NCBI RefSeq assembly: GCF_001194135.2
Contig: NC_068994.1
Span: 20,714,269 to 20,778,268, forward strand
DNA: 64,000 nucleotides
Source of the DNA: Octopus bimaculoides
Lineage: Eukaryota
Reading direction: 5' to 3'
Position 1 is the stretch's first letter, and each line of letters opens with the position of its first letter. Under the pieces are notes generated by a model. The model searched no databases. It saw only the letters and a program-made list of their open reading frames with translations, and had not been told where the DNA came from. Below, piece after piece: positions 61,497 through 64,000 of the stretch. Both the position numbers and the translations under genes were made by a program.

Positions 61497-62244
61497 CAAT
61501 TATAGAGCCTGTGCGTTTGTCTCTTATTCGCAACAGCGACCCTCCTTTTGGTAAAATCCAGCATTTGTTTCAGCATACATATTCACGTTAAGAATCTCAC
61601 AAAATAATACGAACATGCATCCATGTAAGACGTTACCCATACACACGAACTCAGATATGTATACTTCATGACTTTGGCTAAATTTGTATGCGATTTAATA
61701 TAATAATACAAGCTTCACTACATCATGCAGATAGTTATGCATTTATTAAAAATATCCTTGTGTATTCTATTGTGCAACAAACGGATATTTTTTGGTTCAC
61801 CGAGATGTTAATAAAACAAAAATATTTCCAGAGTGTTGTCTCCCGCACCTGATTACATAATGTCATTGAACTAATGTATTTTCCCCACTGTATAAAGTAT
61901 TTCTAATTGAATCTTTAACGCTTTCTGAATGACACTTAAATACAAACAGATTTTGTAAAGGAAAACGGTATCTTACAGGCAAGGGAAATAACAACCTTAA
62001 AAAAAATAATCAAAGTTATTTCCCTTGAAATGTTACCCGTTTTTGGAGATGTAAATTTTGAAAATTTACTTTTAAGAAATGCAAATATGTGAAAGTAGAA
62101 ATTAAAATGGGAATTATCTATTGACAAATTAAGTAACCTGAATGCTTTTCATAGTTCTTGTCTTCTTTGTGTAGCACATAAATCCATTATATAAATACAG
62201 TATTATACTTTGTCTCTTGAAGAGGAGACAACAGTTACAGTATT

Positions 62245-62550
62245 ATCATTTAACATCTGTTGGACGGTTTGACCATGGTTGGTAAGCTGGGTGGCTGCAC
62301 CAGACACGAGTCTGATTTGGCATGGTTTTCCTCGGCTGGATGCCCTTCCTAACGCCAACCACTCCAAGAGTGTTATGGGTGCTTTTACGTTCCACTGGCA
62401 CAGGTGCCACCTGCATGATACCACTATCTGCCATGACTGCAATTTTGCTCAGCTTGATGGGTCTTTTTCTCAAGCACGACATAATGCTTCTGTGAGGCCC
62501 CACGCTCGAAAGGAACTCAACCACTTTGCCTCTGTGAGGCCCAAAGCCCA
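62245..62550 (-). mobile_element. RTE-type 3'-tail copy
   Basis: GCTGGATGCCCTTCCTAACGCCAACCACTCCAAGAGTGTTATGGGTGCTTTTAC...CTCTGTGAGGCCC. It is the inverted twin of 63756-64000. Confidence 0.8.
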
Positions 62551-62569
62551 ATAACTAACAATAATAATC

Positions 62570-63640
62570 ATCCTTTCTACTAAAGACACGAGGCCTGAAA
62601 TTTGAGAGGACTAAGGAGATTAGTCAATTACATCAATCCCAGTAATCAACTGGTACTTAATTTATCGACCCCGGAAGGCTGAAAGGCAAAGTTGAATTGG
62701 TGGAATTTGAACTCAGAATGTAAGTAAGGATGAATGAAATGCTTCTAAGCATTTTGTCCAGTGTGCTAACAATTCTGCCAGCTCGCCACCTTAATAATGA
62801 TAATAATTATCCTTTCTACTATAGTCACAAGGATTTTTGGGGAGAGGAGGACAATCGATCATGTCAACCCCAGTACTTGACTGGTACTTAATTTATCAAC
62901 CGTAAAGGATGAAAGGCAAAGTTGACCTCAGCAGAATTTGTACTTAGAATGTAGTGGCAGATGAAATACCGCTAAGCATTTCTGCCAGTTTGCTGCCTTC
63001 TTAATAATAATAATAATAAGAATAATAATAATAATAATAATAATTTCCTTTATTTGCCACATGGGCGAAGGATGATGTGGATGATACAAAGATTGACATA
63101 AAGTGTGGTGGTTTACATGTGATGAAATGATAAAAAAAAAAGGGTAAGCATACACGGTATACACTGAAAAAGAAGGGACAAATGCATAACATACAAAGGT
63201 TAAAAAAGAAAAAAGTGGCAGGGTGGATGATAAAGATGTAGCCCTCCTGATACAAGAAGGCCACTAGGGTTAATCAAGGAACCCACTGTCCAAGATTTCC
63301 CTGAAACCCCAAAAGCAAATGCCCTCTCCAATTCCTTTTCTCCAATTCACAGGTCTACACTTAGAGAGATAGCATCCACTCTTGCCATTTTTGCAACTTT
63401 CACCAATAATAATAATAATAATAATGGTTTCAAGTTTTGCCACAAAGGCAGCCATTTTGGGTGATGGGATAAGTCAATAACATCGACCCCAGTGTTTCAC
63501 TGGTACTTAATTTATCGACCCTGAAAGGATGAAAGGCAAAGTCTACCTCGGTAGAATTTGAACTCAGAACATAGCGACGGGCAAAAGACCGTTATGCATT
63601 TTGCCCAGCTTGCTAATGACTCTGCTAGCTTGCCACCTTC
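62570..63640 (-). mobile_element. Three co-oriented family B SINEs (62570-62792, 62810-63000, 63425-63640) separated by (AAT)n
   Basis: Each copy shows CTGGTACTTAATTTATC.ACC...GG.TGAAAGGCAAAGT...GAATTTG.ACT.AGAA...TGCCAG. Confidence 0.85.
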
Positions 63641-63755
63641 TTAACAATAATAACAATAATATTAATAATCTATATCTATCTATCTAGCTAAATCTATAGC
63701 TATATATATACCTATATTATATATCTATATATATATCTATATTATAATGGAGAAA

Positions 63756-64000
63756 GCTGGGCCTCACAGAGGCAAAGTGGCTGAGTTCCTTTCGAGTGTG
63801 GGGCCTCACACAGGCAATGACTGAGACGTCTGACATTATGTCGTGTTTGAGAAGAAGACTCATCAAGCTGAGCAAAATTGCAGTTGTGGCAGATAGCGGT
63901 ATCATGCAGATGGCACCTGTGCCAGTGACATGTAAAAGCACCCATAACACTCTTGGAGTGGTTGGCGTTAGGAAGGGCATCCAGCTGTAGAAACTCTGCC
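63756..64000 (+). mobile_element. RTE-type 3'-tail copy running off the window end
   Basis: GGGCCTCACAGAGGCAAAGTGG...CACTCTTGGAGTGGTTGGCGTTAGGAAGGGCATCCAGCTGTAGAAAC. Confidence 0.8.

Overview
AT-rich, microsatellite- and transposon-dense animal genomic DNA with five N-gaps. The repeat families resemble those I recall from Octopus (coleoid cephalopod); this is inference, not a database hit. One host gene is supported, on the + strand, and is probably a TACC-family (transforming acidic coiled-coil) gene. It shows a 5,733-nt phase 1-1 exon (39732-45464) encoding an acidic low-complexity region with three TACC-like NPF/DPF...SP motifs, a ~108-aa tandem duplication and a 36-aa tandem array. A 646-nt Gln-rich exon follows (50581-51226). 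The first exon(s) and the coiled-coil domain were not found in the window. The rest is intronic or intergenic: tRNA-derived SINEs, RTE LINE 3' ends, two Gypsy integrase remnants (one with a complete 3' LTR), a full-length decayed mariner, hAT-, pogo- and TTAA-type MITEs and a probable Helitron 3' end. The most unusual signal is three unrelated head-to-head inverted repeats (7.2-8.4, 17.5-17.8, 38.3-38.6 kb), each carrying a type I hammerhead-ribozyme-like motif with a palindromic stem III (Penelope-like element style). One of these lies in what looks like a tRNA-headed SINE. Two further CpG-decayed hammerhead relics lie at 52.95 and 53.7 kb. No CRISPR array, rRNA or true tRNA gene was seen. 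Repeat boundaries are approximate unless terminal motifs are quoted.
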